Positions 48,907 through 57,713 of a stretch of DNA of 64,000 bases are shown in pieces. Position 1 is the stretch's first letter, and each line of letters begins with the position of its first letter. The notes beneath the pieces are model-generated. The model ran no database searches and had not been told where the DNA came from. It worked only from the letters and a program-made list of their open reading frames with translations. The stretch covers positions 1,248,001 to 1,312,000 of the forward strand of contig CAXXOA010000001.1 in NCBI GenBank assembly GCA_963666275.2, given 5' to 3'. A program made the position numbers and the translations under genes. This stretch comes from Oceanispirochaeta sp. Lineage in GTDB: Bacteria > Spirochaetota > Spirochaetia > DSM-2461.

Positions 48907-50695
48907 GAGACTGTAGAAAAAGTCACCTTTTCTACAGCTCTCCCCCAAATCATGGTAAAATTTTCAAAAAGGGAGGTTTTCAATAATGGCTAGATATAAA
49001 GACTATTCTTATGACCAGACAATGATGATCCCCGTAAGTTTTGAAAAACAGATTTTACCAGGAACTTTTGAATACACCCTATGCCATCTAATTGATGATA
49101 AAATCGATATGTCTGTCTTTGAAAACCATTACGAAAATGAAGAAACAGGTGCTCCCGCCTACGATCCTGCCATCCTTTTAAAGATTGTACTTTTCGCCTA
49201 TTCAAAAGGGATAAACAGCAGCAGAAAAATTGAACAATTATGCAGGGAGAATATAGTCTGTATGGCCCTGGCAGCCGATGCACGGCCCCATTTTACAACC
49301 ATTGCCGACTTCATATCCTCATGCCATCAGGAATGCCAATCCCTTTTTACAATGATTATCTCAGTATGTTACTCCCAAGGATTGATTGGAAAAAACATGT
49401 TTGCCATAGATGGCTGCAAGATATCCTCCAACTGCTCAAAAGAGTGGAGTGGAACAAAAACAGAGCTTTTTGCCAAGGCAAAGAAAATTGAAAAATCCGT
49501 TAACTACCTTATAGAAAAGCATAAGAAAACTGATATCAAATGGGATGACAAAGAACAGCGATTAAAAGAAAAAAAAGCCATTAAAAAACTCAAAGCCAAA
49601 TCTGACAGAATTTATAAATGGCTTGATACGCACTATGAACGACTTGGCAGCCAGGACCAACCCATTAAAAGCAATATAATCGATAATGAGAGCGCTAAAA
49701 TGTCCACCGGACACGGTGTCATTCAGGGCTATAATGGTATTGCAGCTGTGGATGACAAGCATCAGCTTATTATATTCGCCGATGCTTACGGCGATGTAAA
49801 CGAATCAGGACACCTTACAGAGATTCTCAGCGGGATTGATAAAAGCTGTAAAGATTCCCACATCGATGATGATATCTACAAACACGTGACAGTTACAGCT
49901 GATACAGGATTCCATAACAAAAGAAATATGGTGATGATCAGCGAGCAGAAAATAGATGCTTATATCCCGGATAATCAGTTCAGAAAAAGGCAAGTGGCCT
50001 TTCAGGATGCAGGTAGATATAAGAAGAAAGTCGCCAACTGGAAACCGGAAAAAGGTAAGCACTACTTCAGACCGGAAGATTTCTATTTTGATACAGTTTC
50101 GAACAAACTGATATGTCCCGCCGGACATGCTATGTGGCTGAAATCTCCCAACTTCAGGAGCAATGACGGTCGGTATATTGGTAAGTCCTACCAGGGTTAC
50201 ATCCGGAACTGCAGGGATTGCAAACTTCGTTCAAAATGCATCCGTAAAGAAACAACCAAAGCCCGTCAGGTTGCCCTGCTGAAAGAAGTCACGGATGCAA
50301 AGGGTACTAATCCTATGAATGCAATGAAGGATAAAATTGATACGCCCTATGGCAGGTCTGTTTATGCCAAAAGGATGAGTACAGTAGAGCCGGTATTTGG
50401 GCATATTGCCGGGATAAAAAAGCTGAATCGCTTTACCTTACGGGGAACAGAGAAAGTCAGAACGCAGTGGTTGCTATATTGCATGGTGCATAATATCGGT
50501 AAAATTCAGCGGTATAGTGTGTAGGAATGCGATAGAACCAATGAGATTGGAAGTTTTAAGGGATATATTCAATTGTAAAGGAATATATGCGGGTTTAATC
50601 GGATAGAAATTAGTAAATGGAGAGATGAATAATTCTCTGAATAATTCTATTTAGAGAAGAGGAAAAATTCTTAAATTGAGTTTTTTTACAATCTC
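48907..50695 (+). mobile_element. IS1182-family insertion sequence with GTT target duplication
   Basis: IRL GAGACTGTAGAAAAAGTC, IRR GAGTTTTTTTACAATCTC; GTT on both sides. Confidence 0.88.
48986..50524 (+). CDS. IS1182-family transposase (DUF772 + DDE)
   Basis: GAPAYDP, SSRKIE, PHFTTIADF, AIDGCKI, QGYN, ADTGF, VEPVFGHI, RFTLRG. Confidence 0.92.
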   Translation: MARYKDYSYDQTMMIPVSFEKQILPGTFEYTLCHLIDDKIDMSVFENHYENEETGAPAYDPAILLKIVLFAYSKGINSSRKIEQLCRENIVCMALAADARPHFTTIADFISSCHQECQSLFTMIISVCYSQGLIGKNMFAIDGCKISSNCSKEWSGTKTELFAKAKKIEKSVNYLIEKHKKTDIKWDDKEQRLKEKKAIKKLKAKSDRIYKWLDTHYERLGSQDQPIKSNIIDNESAKMSTGHGVIQGYNGIAAVDDKHQLIIFADAYGDVNESGHLTEILSGIDKSCKDSHIDDDIYKHVTVTADTGFHNKRNMVMISEQKIDAYIPDNQFRKRQVAFQDAGRYKKKVANWKPEKGKHYFRPEDFYFDTVSNKLICPAGHAMWLKSPNFRSNDGRYIGKSYQGYIRNCRDCKLRSKCIRKETTKARQVALLKEVTDAKGTNPMNAMKDKIDTPYGRSVYAKRMSTVEPVFGHIAGIKKLNRFTLRGTEKVRTQWLLYCMVHNIGKIQRYSV

Positions 50696-50800
50696 GTTAT
50701 TCAGAAATAGGGTACGAACCCGTATATACAGGATGTAAGAAGCTGAAAATTGATACAATAATGTGATTCAATAATCAGAATCACACAAAAGGAGACAAAA

Positions 50801-52162
50801 ATGGGACTAAAGCGAGACTCAATTCTGGACATGGATATTACGGATTTCTATTCAGAAATAAAATCCAAAGAAAGATTCAACGGCCAAAGAGCCAAACTCA
50901 TCCCAACCTACAAACTCGGCGATGAAATGGCCTTAACCTCCACATTTTTAGCCTCCTTAAAACTGATTAAAGAATTCAGGAAATTCATACATTCCGCAGT
51001 AAACCTCACCAACTCAGGCAAAGTCCACGTTTTTACTGAGTTTGTATTCATAGAGGAAAATAAACGGGTTGACGGTCTTATCATCATAGAACGGGGAAGC
51101 AAAATAGTTGATGCTGCTTTACTGGAAATGAAGAACGGAAAATCCGAATTGGATTCTCAGCAGATCACTGACTACATGGATATTGCCGGCAAATATTCCA
51201 TTCCCAGACTAATTACAGTTTCCAATCAATTTGTCTCTCACCCAACCCAGAGTCCCCTTGTAGGAATAAAGCAGAAAAAATGTGTAGACCTCTATCACCT
51301 GTCCTGGTCCTATATCCTCACATTAGCTTATGTGCTGCTCACTGATAATGAAACAAACATAGCAGATCCAGATCAGGTTGAAATCATGAAGGAAGTGGTC
51401 GATTATTTTGAAAATACCAAATCCGGCGTTCTCGGTTTTTCTGAAATGAAGCCTGGCTGGTCGAATGTTTCCGAAAGGATGGTGAAAGGGGAGAAGCTCA
51501 AAAAAGATGACAATGATGTTATTGAAGCAGTAGAAAGCTGGCTTCAGGAAGAAAGAGATATGTCACTTAAACTAAGCAGACAGTTGGGGTCTCTTGTTAT
51601 TTCCGGACAGAATAAATATAAAAATGATTTGAAAGGCAGACTTGATGAGGACAGGAAAAAACTCTGTACAGAAGGTAAACTGGATTCAATGTTGAGGATA
51701 AACGGAGCCGCTTCTCCCATCACTATAACCAGTGATTTTCAGAAAAAATCCTTTGAGTTTAAATCCTCCTTAACTGCTCCCCAGGACAGTAAAACTCTGA
51801 AAGGTCAGGTCGGGTGGCTGAAAAAACAGATTAAAAAGATGGATGACAGGAATGAAGAGTCCTTCTTCACTTTAAAATCAAACCTTATGATTGATATCAA
51901 AATCAAGAATAAACAATCCCAGAGAAAAACAATCGATGAGCTGGACCAGTTCTGCAACGACTATAAGAATGATTACCTGAAGGAATTTGAAATTGTTCTT
52001 ATCTGTGATCTGGGAAGCCGGTTCCTGCAGAAACGGAAAGTTATCGATGAGCTGGAAGACACTCTTTCCGAGTACTATAAAAATGTGGTTAAACACCTGA
52101 CTAAATGGGTCAAACCGGCTCCGGAAATTAGAAATCTTGCAATGGATCTTCAGGAAGCCTGA
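50801..52162 (+). CDS. Cassette 5 gene A: hypothetical protein with PD-(D/E)xK-like motif
   Basis: TEF...RVDGLI...ALLEMKNG...QITDY; AAGGAG RBS; cassette core GTTATTC at 50696. Confidence 0.6.
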   Translation: MGLKRDSILDMDITDFYSEIKSKERFNGQRAKLIPTYKLGDEMALTSTFLASLKLIKEFRKFIHSAVNLTNSGKVHVFTEFVFIEENKRVDGLIIIERGSKIVDAALLEMKNGKSELDSQQITDYMDIAGKYSIPRLITVSNQFVSHPTQSPLVGIKQKKCVDLYHLSWSYILTLAYVLLTDNETNIADPDQVEIMKEVVDYFENTKSGVLGFSEMKPGWSNVSERMVKGEKLKKDDNDVIEAVESWLQEERDMSLKLSRQLGSLVISGQNKYKNDLKGRLDEDRKKLCTEGKLDSMLRINGAASPITITSDFQKKSFEFKSSLTAPQDSKTLKGQVGWLKKQIKKMDDRNEESFFTLKSNLMIDIKIKNKQSQRKTIDELDQFCNDYKNDYLKEFEIVLICDLGSRFLQKRKVIDELEDTLSEYYKNVVKHLTKWVKPAPEIRNLAMDLQEA

Positions 52163-52184
52163 GAATTTATAGGTAAATAGAAAA

Positions 52185-53012
52185 TTGCGCTTAAAACGTG
52201 TATATCAGATAATCGAACCAGCAAAGACTGGAGACAAAGCCAGCAAAATATTTGATTTATGTATCATAAGTTTAATCATTATAAATATATTCGCTGTCAT
52301 TATCAGTTCATTCTCCAATCTGCCAAGGGGCATATACCCATTGTTGGATACAGTAGAAATATTTTCTATAGTGATTTTTACAGTTGAATATTTACTGAGG
52401 CTTATTACAGCCCCCTATAAATATCCCCATAGAAAAATCTGGGTTCCATATATCCTGTATATATTCTCTTCTATGGCGATCATAGATTTGATGGCAATTC
52501 TGCCATTCTATCTGCCTTTTATCATAAAAATTGATCTCAGATCTTTAAGAATACTCCGGTTGGTACGTCTGCTCCGAATCCTTAAATTGAACAGATACAC
52601 CAAATCTATGAAAGTACTGGGCCGTGTCATAAAGCGGAAAAAGGAAGAACTGATCGTTACGGTATTTATAACAGGAATCCTGATGCTTCTGGCTGCTTCT
52701 ATCATGTTTTATATAGAAAATGAAACTCAACCCGAAGCATTTCCCAATATCATAGCGTCATTCTGGTGGGCTATTGCGACATTAACAACCGTTGGATACG
52801 GAGATATATATCCGGTGACCTTTCTGGGGAAATTCCTGGCAGGAATTATTGCCTTCCTGGGAATCGGATTGGTTGCACTGCCTACCGGGATTATCAGTTC
52901 CGGATTTATTGAAGAAGTGGAAAGCCGTAAAATAATTAAGAAGGGGAGATCCCGGGTAAAAATCAAGAGGAGGAAGAGAAAGAGGAAGGGGCAGAGGAAT
53001 AGACTGGCATAA
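52185..53012 (+). CDS. Cassette 5 gene B: 6-TM voltage-gated K+ channel (ion transporter)
   Basis: S4 RSLRILRLVRLLRILK; WWAIATLTTVGYGDIYP. Confidence 0.9.
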   Translation: MRLKRVYQIIEPAKTGDKASKIFDLCIISLIIINIFAVIISSFSNLPRGIYPLLDTVEIFSIVIFTVEYLLRLITAPYKYPHRKIWVPYILYIFSSMAIIDLMAILPFYLPFIIKIDLRSLRILRLVRLLRILKLNRYTKSMKVLGRVIKRKKEELIVTVFITGILMLLAASIMFYIENETQPEAFPNIIASFWWAIATLTTVGYGDIYPVTFLGKFLAGIIAFLGIGLVALPTGIISSGFIEEVESRKIIKKGRSRVKIKRRKRKRKGQRNRLA

Positions 53013-53126
53013 TAAAAGTAATAATATAAATTTAAATGTTTTTTTCTCAACATGATATTAAAAAAGGTTACTCTAATTATAGTAAGTTCCTTAAATGTAT
53101 GGTGGCATTTCAATATGAATTTTTAT

Positions 53127-53419
53127 ATATTGCTGGGATAAAAAAGCTGAATCGCTTTACCTTACGGGGAACAGAGAAAGTCAGAACGCAGTGGTTGCTA
53201 TATTGCATGGTGCATAATATCGGTAAAATTCAGCGGTATAGTGTGTAGGAAAGCGATAGAACCAATGAGATTGGAAGTATTAAGAAATATATTCAATTGT
53301 AATGGAATATATGCGGGTTTAATCGGATAGAAATTAGTAAATGGAGAGATGAATAATTCTCTGAATAATTCTATTTAGAGAAGAGGAAAAATTCTTAAAT
53401 CGAGTTTTTCTACAGTCTC
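53127..53419 (+). mobile_element. Truncated IS1182-family copy (3' 293 bp with IRR)
   Basis: Near-identical to 50403-50695; IRR GAGTTTTTCTACAGTCTC directly followed by cassette core GTTATAT. Confidence 0.92.
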
Positions 53420-53426
53420 GTTATAT

Positions 53427-54431
53427 GTGGAAGGCTCAAAAAAGGACTTGCTATATATGCAGAATAGAGGACTATTTAAAGATATTTTTAAAAATTCTCA
53501 AATAACAACCACAAGAGAATTAAAAATTACTTTATTAAAGTCATTAGATATTTGGGTTTTTACTGCTTTATCAAATGAAATAAATGATAACACTAATATT
53601 AAATCTTCGATTCAAAAACAAATAAATGATTTTTGCTTCCCTCAAGACGATTTTAAAAGACTTCCTGTTTACTATATTTCTATTCGACCAAAAGTACGAA
53701 TTATAAAATGTAAAAAAATGAATTATTGTGATAATTCTTCAATGAGCTTTACGATAACAGAAGGCACAAAAAAATATAAAATTAAAACAAAAATTCAATC
53801 AATTGCCAATTTCCTGAATGTTGATGTAAAAGAAATAACGGAAGTACTTTTTCAAGATAAATATATATTTTGTAAATATAAGAATGACCACGGAATGATA
53901 ATTACTGTTTATGATCTTTTAAATCTATCAGAGTTTCGCCTTCAGGAAAAAAATGAAATATATTATATCGGTTATACTAAGAATCCATCGAAGAGACCAT
54001 TTGATGGCAATCATTCGGGTCTTAATACTGTTTTATATAATTATTATGACAAAAGAGAGCATGATATATTTATCAGCTATCAGCAATTTCATGTCAATTC
54101 ACTAATAGAAGTCCCAAATATGGTTTTTCAAGCTAGCAATACAATGCTTGATGAGATAGCAATAACAACAGAAGCAAAGATAATTGAGTCATCTCTAATA
54201 GAAAGATATATTCCAAATTTAAGGAAAAATTATTTATCAGAATCAGGATATTTAAAGAATGTTTTTATCCAAGAACTAAATGATGCCAAAATAGAAACCC
54301 TAAACTTCTTATTAGATTATTCAATTTCGGGTTCACTATTTAGGTATAGAAATAACTATAATTCTATTGATAATTTTAGGATTGCTGTAAAAGAAAATAA
54401 ACTAGAAATACAACATATAACAAAGCCATGA
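53427..54431 (+). CDS. Cassette 6: hypothetical protein, possibly with a GIY-YIG-like domain
   Basis: EIYYIGYTKNPSKRPF...H...IIESSLI...P. Confidence 0.55.
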   Translation: MEGSKKDLLYMQNRGLFKDIFKNSQITTTRELKITLLKSLDIWVFTALSNEINDNTNIKSSIQKQINDFCFPQDDFKRLPVYYISIRPKVRIIKCKKMNYCDNSSMSFTITEGTKKYKIKTKIQSIANFLNVDVKEITEVLFQDKYIFCKYKNDHGMIITVYDLLNLSEFRLQEKNEIYYIGYTKNPSKRPFDGNHSGLNTVLYNYYDKREHDIFISYQQFHVNSLIEVPNMVFQASNTMLDEIAITTEAKIIESSLIERYIPNLRKNYLSESGYLKNVFIQELNDAKIETLNFLLDYSISGSLFRYRNNYNSIDNFRIAVKENKLEIQHITKP

Positions 54432-54511
54432 AACTGTTATGGCAAACTGTCACAGAAAATGCATGGCATTTTTTGCGCCAATTCACCATGCAGCTTATGG
54501 CGATGTTGTAT
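54415..54511 (+). other. attC site (cassette 6), 97 bp
   Basis: ACATATAAC complements GTTATATGT at 53420; R' GTTGTAT; TGTCAC...GCGCCA inner motif. Confidence 0.85.
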
Positions 54512-54565
54512 TTCAGAAAGGAGTAAATTATTAAAAGAATATCAGGAAATCTGATCTCATATGTT

Positions 54566-54979
54566 ATGTCAGTATCGTTTCCACTTGGTTTTTATTTCTC
54601 TCTTTTCATATATTTTGTTATCTGTTTATCGAATGAAAAGATTGAAAATCCAGTTTACATAGTTTTATTTCTATTGATCTTCTTCTTTGCAAGTCTATAC
54701 GATGGATTTATCACTTTAAGGAAGTTAAAAAAATTAAAAGAAATTAGCATAAGTAATATTTATGTATCAACTAATCAGAGTCTCATCATTAATAATAAAG
54801 AATATTTCAACTTCACAATAACACCCATACGGGTCAATATGCCAATGAATTTGAAAATGCGATTATATACAATTAGATGTAATGATCAGGAGTTTTATTG
54901 CCTCGATCATTTCCGGTTTCTATTTTTTCTCAGCATGGGATTTAAATATTGGGACAGTCAGGAATATGATCTGTTTTAA
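54566..54979 (+). CDS. Cassette 7: small membrane protein
   Basis: Two TM segments; RBS suggests an original start at 54530 (now ATT). Confidence 0.6.
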   Translation: MSVSFPLGFYFSLFIYFVICLSNEKIENPVYIVLFLLIFFFASLYDGFITLRKLKKLKEISISNIYVSTNQSLIINNKEYFNFTITPIRVNMPMNLKMRLYTIRCNDQEFYCLDHFRFLFFLSMGFKYWDSQEYDLF

Positions 54980-55231
54980 ATTACAAAACTGTTTCAGTAT
55001 TCTATCCTTGGCGTTTTAGAAATTAGAATAAATTCATCGATCTCATCTCTAAACAAAAAATATTCGCTCTATTCAGCCCCAGGCTTCGGCAAATTTATCT
55101 TTTTGTGATAAACTAATGTATATTTCTGAACAGCTAAGTGAAAAGGATAACTATTGTGGAATGAAGAACTTTAACACCCGTGCCTCAGTTGATATCTGAT
55201 TTTAAACTATTAAAACGGAGTTCATTATAAA

Positions 55232-55840
55232 ATGAATATTTTAGATAATATAAAAAATGGATTATTAACCTTTGTTGGGTATCTAGAGGCAATCGGATGC
55301 GATAGATTCTTAATTTTGTATAATGATACTTTTATTTACATTTCAATATTTATTGCACTCTTCATCTTTACCTTTTTGGGATCAAAAATCTTTGGTAAAC
55401 AGATAAATTTAAGCAATAACTTTAGACCTCATTTTTTTATTATTGGAGTGGCAAGCACTCTAAATACAATAATTGCTCATTTTCTAAATGTATTATTTAA
55501 TAGTAAGTATTATTGGAAAGACATAATTGATAATTATTTTCTCATTCAGCTATTATTATTAATTTTAACACTTGCTGTTTTTATAGCTTACACATGTAAA
55601 AACGTAAAGTTCTTGAAGATTTTAATTGGAGCTTCATTCACTTGGTTTTCAATATATCATTTTTTTAATGGAACCTTTATCTACTTATCTCTTGCATTTT
55701 ATTTTTCAGTTGCAAAGAAATGGGAGAATCCAATAGGTAAAAAAAAATTATTGAAGAAATCATTAATTCCATTGTCCATAATAAATGCAATTCTGATTAT
55801 TATTTTGGTGCCAATATATAAAATGGTATTTATATTCTAA
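55232..55840 (+). CDS. Cassette 8: multi-TM membrane protein
   Basis: About 5 hydrophobic segments; GGAG RBS. Confidence 0.65.
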   Translation: MNILDNIKNGLLTFVGYLEAIGCDRFLILYNDTFIYISIFIALFIFTFLGSKIFGKQINLSNNFRPHFFIIGVASTLNTIIAHFLNVLFNSKYYWKDIIDNYFLIQLLLLILTLAVFIAYTCKNVKFLKILIGASFTWFSIYHFFNGTFIYLSLAFYFSVAKKWENPIGKKKLLKKSLIPLSIINAILIIILVPIYKMVFIF

Positions 55841-55953
55841 AAATATAATCCGGATTTGCTGCAGACGACTTTTTTATCGAGCCAGCTCCATTCTCACTTG
55901 AAGCGCCAACCCACGGGAACAAAGTGGGAGTTGATTAAGGCTTTCCGTTGAAA
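55835..55953 (+). other. Degenerate attC (cassette 8)
   Basis: TTCTAAAAA vs expected TTCTAAAAC; ATTTGCT... and AAGCGCCAACCCACGGGAACAAA resemble the attC at 44468. Confidence 0.6.
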
Positions 55954-56046
55954 ATTAATTTACCCATCTTTTTGAAGTAAAGATGAAATCCATGAAGTCA
56001 ATAATATTAACCTCCCCTGGAATATTATCCATCAGAGGAATCAATA

Positions 56047-56075
56047 TTGATGAGGGTTAACAAATATGTTAACAT
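56047..56075 (+). promoter_or_regulatory. TA promoter with overlapping palindromic operator
   Basis: TTGATG-N17-TAACAT; GTTAACA-aata-TGTTAAC at 56056-56073. Confidence 0.6.
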
Positions 56076-56081
56076 TGAATT

Positions 56082-56432
56082 ATGCATGAGATTTCATTTT
56101 ATATAGAAGAAAATGGCAAATCTCCTGTTGAAGAATTTCTTGATGCTTTGAAGGCTAAGGATGCTCAAAAGGTCGTTTGGGTACTCCAACTGATAGAACA
56201 GCACGATATTATCCCAAAGGCCTATTTCAAGAAACTGACAAACACTGATGGCATCTGGGAAGTAAGAGCTCAATCAGGAAATAATATTTACCGGCTACTC
56301 TGTTTTGTAGAAGGACAAAAAGTCATTATTTTGACCAATGGTTTTCAGAAGAAGACACCAAAGACTCCAAAGAAAGAAATCCAACAGGCAGAGAAAAGAA
56401 AAATGGATTGGATAAGGAGAAATAAGAAATGA
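56082..56432 (+). CDS. RelE/HigB-like (Gp49-like) toxin
   Basis: [36 protein letters not shown]. Confidence 0.88.
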   Translation: MHEISFYIEENGKSPVEEFLDALKAKDAQKVVWVLQLIEQHDIIPKAYFKKLTNTDGIWEVRAQSGNNIYRLLCFVEGQKVIILTNGFQKKTPKTPKKEIQQAEKRKMDWIRRNKK

Positions 56433-56704
56433 GCGATTTACAAAAATATATATCTAAAAGAAAAAAGGATGATCCCGAGTTCGAGAAAGACTTTGACAAG
56501 GGATATGACAACTTCCGGATTGGTGCAGTTTTAAGGCAGGCCAGACTCGAAAAAGGGATAACCCAGGAAGAACTGGCAAATCTGGTAAATACGAAGAAAA
56601 CAGCCATATCACGAATTGAAAATCATGCAGAAGATATCAGACTTTCAACACTTGAGAAAATTGCCCATGCTCTTGATAAAGAGATACGGGTGGAGATACT
56701 CTAA
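56429..56704 (+). CDS. HigA-like HTH antitoxin
   Basis: [13 protein letters not shown]...AISRIEN; overlaps toxin stop. Confidence 0.88.
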   Translation: MSDLQKYISKRKKDDPEFEKDFDKGYDNFRIGAVLRQARLEKGITQEELANLVNTKKTAISRIENHAEDIRLSTLEKIAHALDKEIRVEIL

Positions 56705-56748
56705 AGAATAGAAGAATTGCTGTATTGGTGCATTATTGAAAAAATGCG

Positions 56749-56916
56749 GTATAACAAACTAATGCACCAGACTTTCCTATTGTCACATTTCTTGCTGCAT
56801 TGATCTCTCCTACAATTATTCCTTACAAATAAGAAAATACAATTTACAATAAATCGCAAGAAAAGCGTCTATACCTGGCAAGCCAGGCCGCTGCGCAGCA
56901 TATTTTGGTGTTATAA
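56749..56916 (+). other. attC site (cassette 9, long type), 168 bp
   Basis: R'' GTATAAC, R' GTTATAA; shares TATTGTCAC.TTTCTTGC...GCAAGAAAA and CCTGGCAAGCCAGG with the attC at 48743. Confidence 0.88.
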
Positions 56917-57057
56917 AGCCCTTCGTTCGCAATTAAAAAATAATTACATACCAGTTAGATATTAATGATCATAGTATTTTATTGCTTAGAAGAGTAATTG
57001 TGAAATTGATTCACAAGGCTTTATATGGTACAATAAAAAGACTACTGGAGGTAGGAT

Positions 57058-57339
57058 ATGAATTTTGCAGAAGACATTAAACCAATTTCGTATATAAAAA
57101 CAAATGCGGCTGAAATGTTAAAACGCGTAAATGATACACATAATCCAATCATCATCACTCAGAACGGAGAAGCAAAGGCAGTGTTGCTCGATACAGAAAC
57201 ATATCAAGATATGAGGAATAGTCTTGGAATACTAAAAATCTTATCTGAGAGTGAAAAGGATATTCAAAAAGGTCTTGTTCATAAGAATGAAGATGTTTTC
57301 TCGCAATTAGAATCTAAAATATTTTCACAAGACAAATAG
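57058..57339 (+). CDS. Phd/YefM antitoxin
   Basis: IKPISYIK...PIIITQNGEAKAVL. Confidence 0.9.
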   Translation: MNFAEDIKPISYIKTNAAEMLKRVNDTHNPIIITQNGEAKAVLLDTETYQDMRNSLGILKILSESEKDIQKGLVHKNEDVFSQLESKIFSQDK

Positions 57340-57348
57340 TGTATTCCA

Positions 57349-57672
57349 ATGACATATGAAATTTTATGGACAGATTCAGCAAAGCAAGATCTAACAGAAA
57401 TTATTGAATATATTGCTTTCAATGAAATAGAAATAGCAAAGAAACAATTTCTTAGAATTAAAGAATCGGCAGAAAAATTAGAATCTTTTCCTGATCAAGG
57501 TAGAATTATACCTGAGTTATTAAACCAAAATATTAATAAATACCGTGAATTGATAATCTCCCCATGGAGAATAATGTATAAAATAGAAGGAAATACTGTC
57601 TACATATTAGCAGTAATTGATGGCAGAAGAAATATAGAAGATGTACTGATGAAAAGGCAAATAAGGAAATAG
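57349..57672 (+). CDS. RelE/ParE toxin
   Basis: WTDSAKQDL..I..YI, FPDQGRIIPE, RIMYKI, ILAVIDGRR. Confidence 0.9.
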   Translation: MTYEILWTDSAKQDLTEIIEYIAFNEIEIAKKQFLRIKESAEKLESFPDQGRIIPELLNQNINKYRELIISPWRIMYKIEGNTVYILAVIDGRRNIEDVLMKRQIRK

Positions 57673-57678
57673 ATTTCA

Positions 57679-57713
57679 TTACAAGCTTTTGATACTATCA
57701 GCTCTACTTTCAT
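57679..57713 (+). other. attC remnant (left arm only) marking the array end
   Basis: ACAAGCTTTTGATACTATCAGCTCTACTTTCAT vs ACAAGCTTTTGATACTGTCTGCTCTATTGTCAT at 42221-42253. Confidence 0.75.

Larger units (their letters stand above)
40083..57713 (+). mobile_element. Integron-type gene cassette array, about 10 cassettes, no integrase in window
   Basis: Co-oriented AT-rich ORFs separated by attC sites; in the intact cassettes R'' complements the cassette's own 5' GTT core. Confidence 0.9.

Noticed and set aside
53036..53248. 70-aa ORF
   Set aside because: Chance fusion of AT-rich sequence to the last codons of the truncated IS1182 transposase.
42216..56916. Recurring palindromic spacers as a CRISPR array or simple terminators
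   Set aside because: They are separated by whole genes, vary in length, lack U-tracts and show cassette-specific R''/core complementarity; no cas genes are present.
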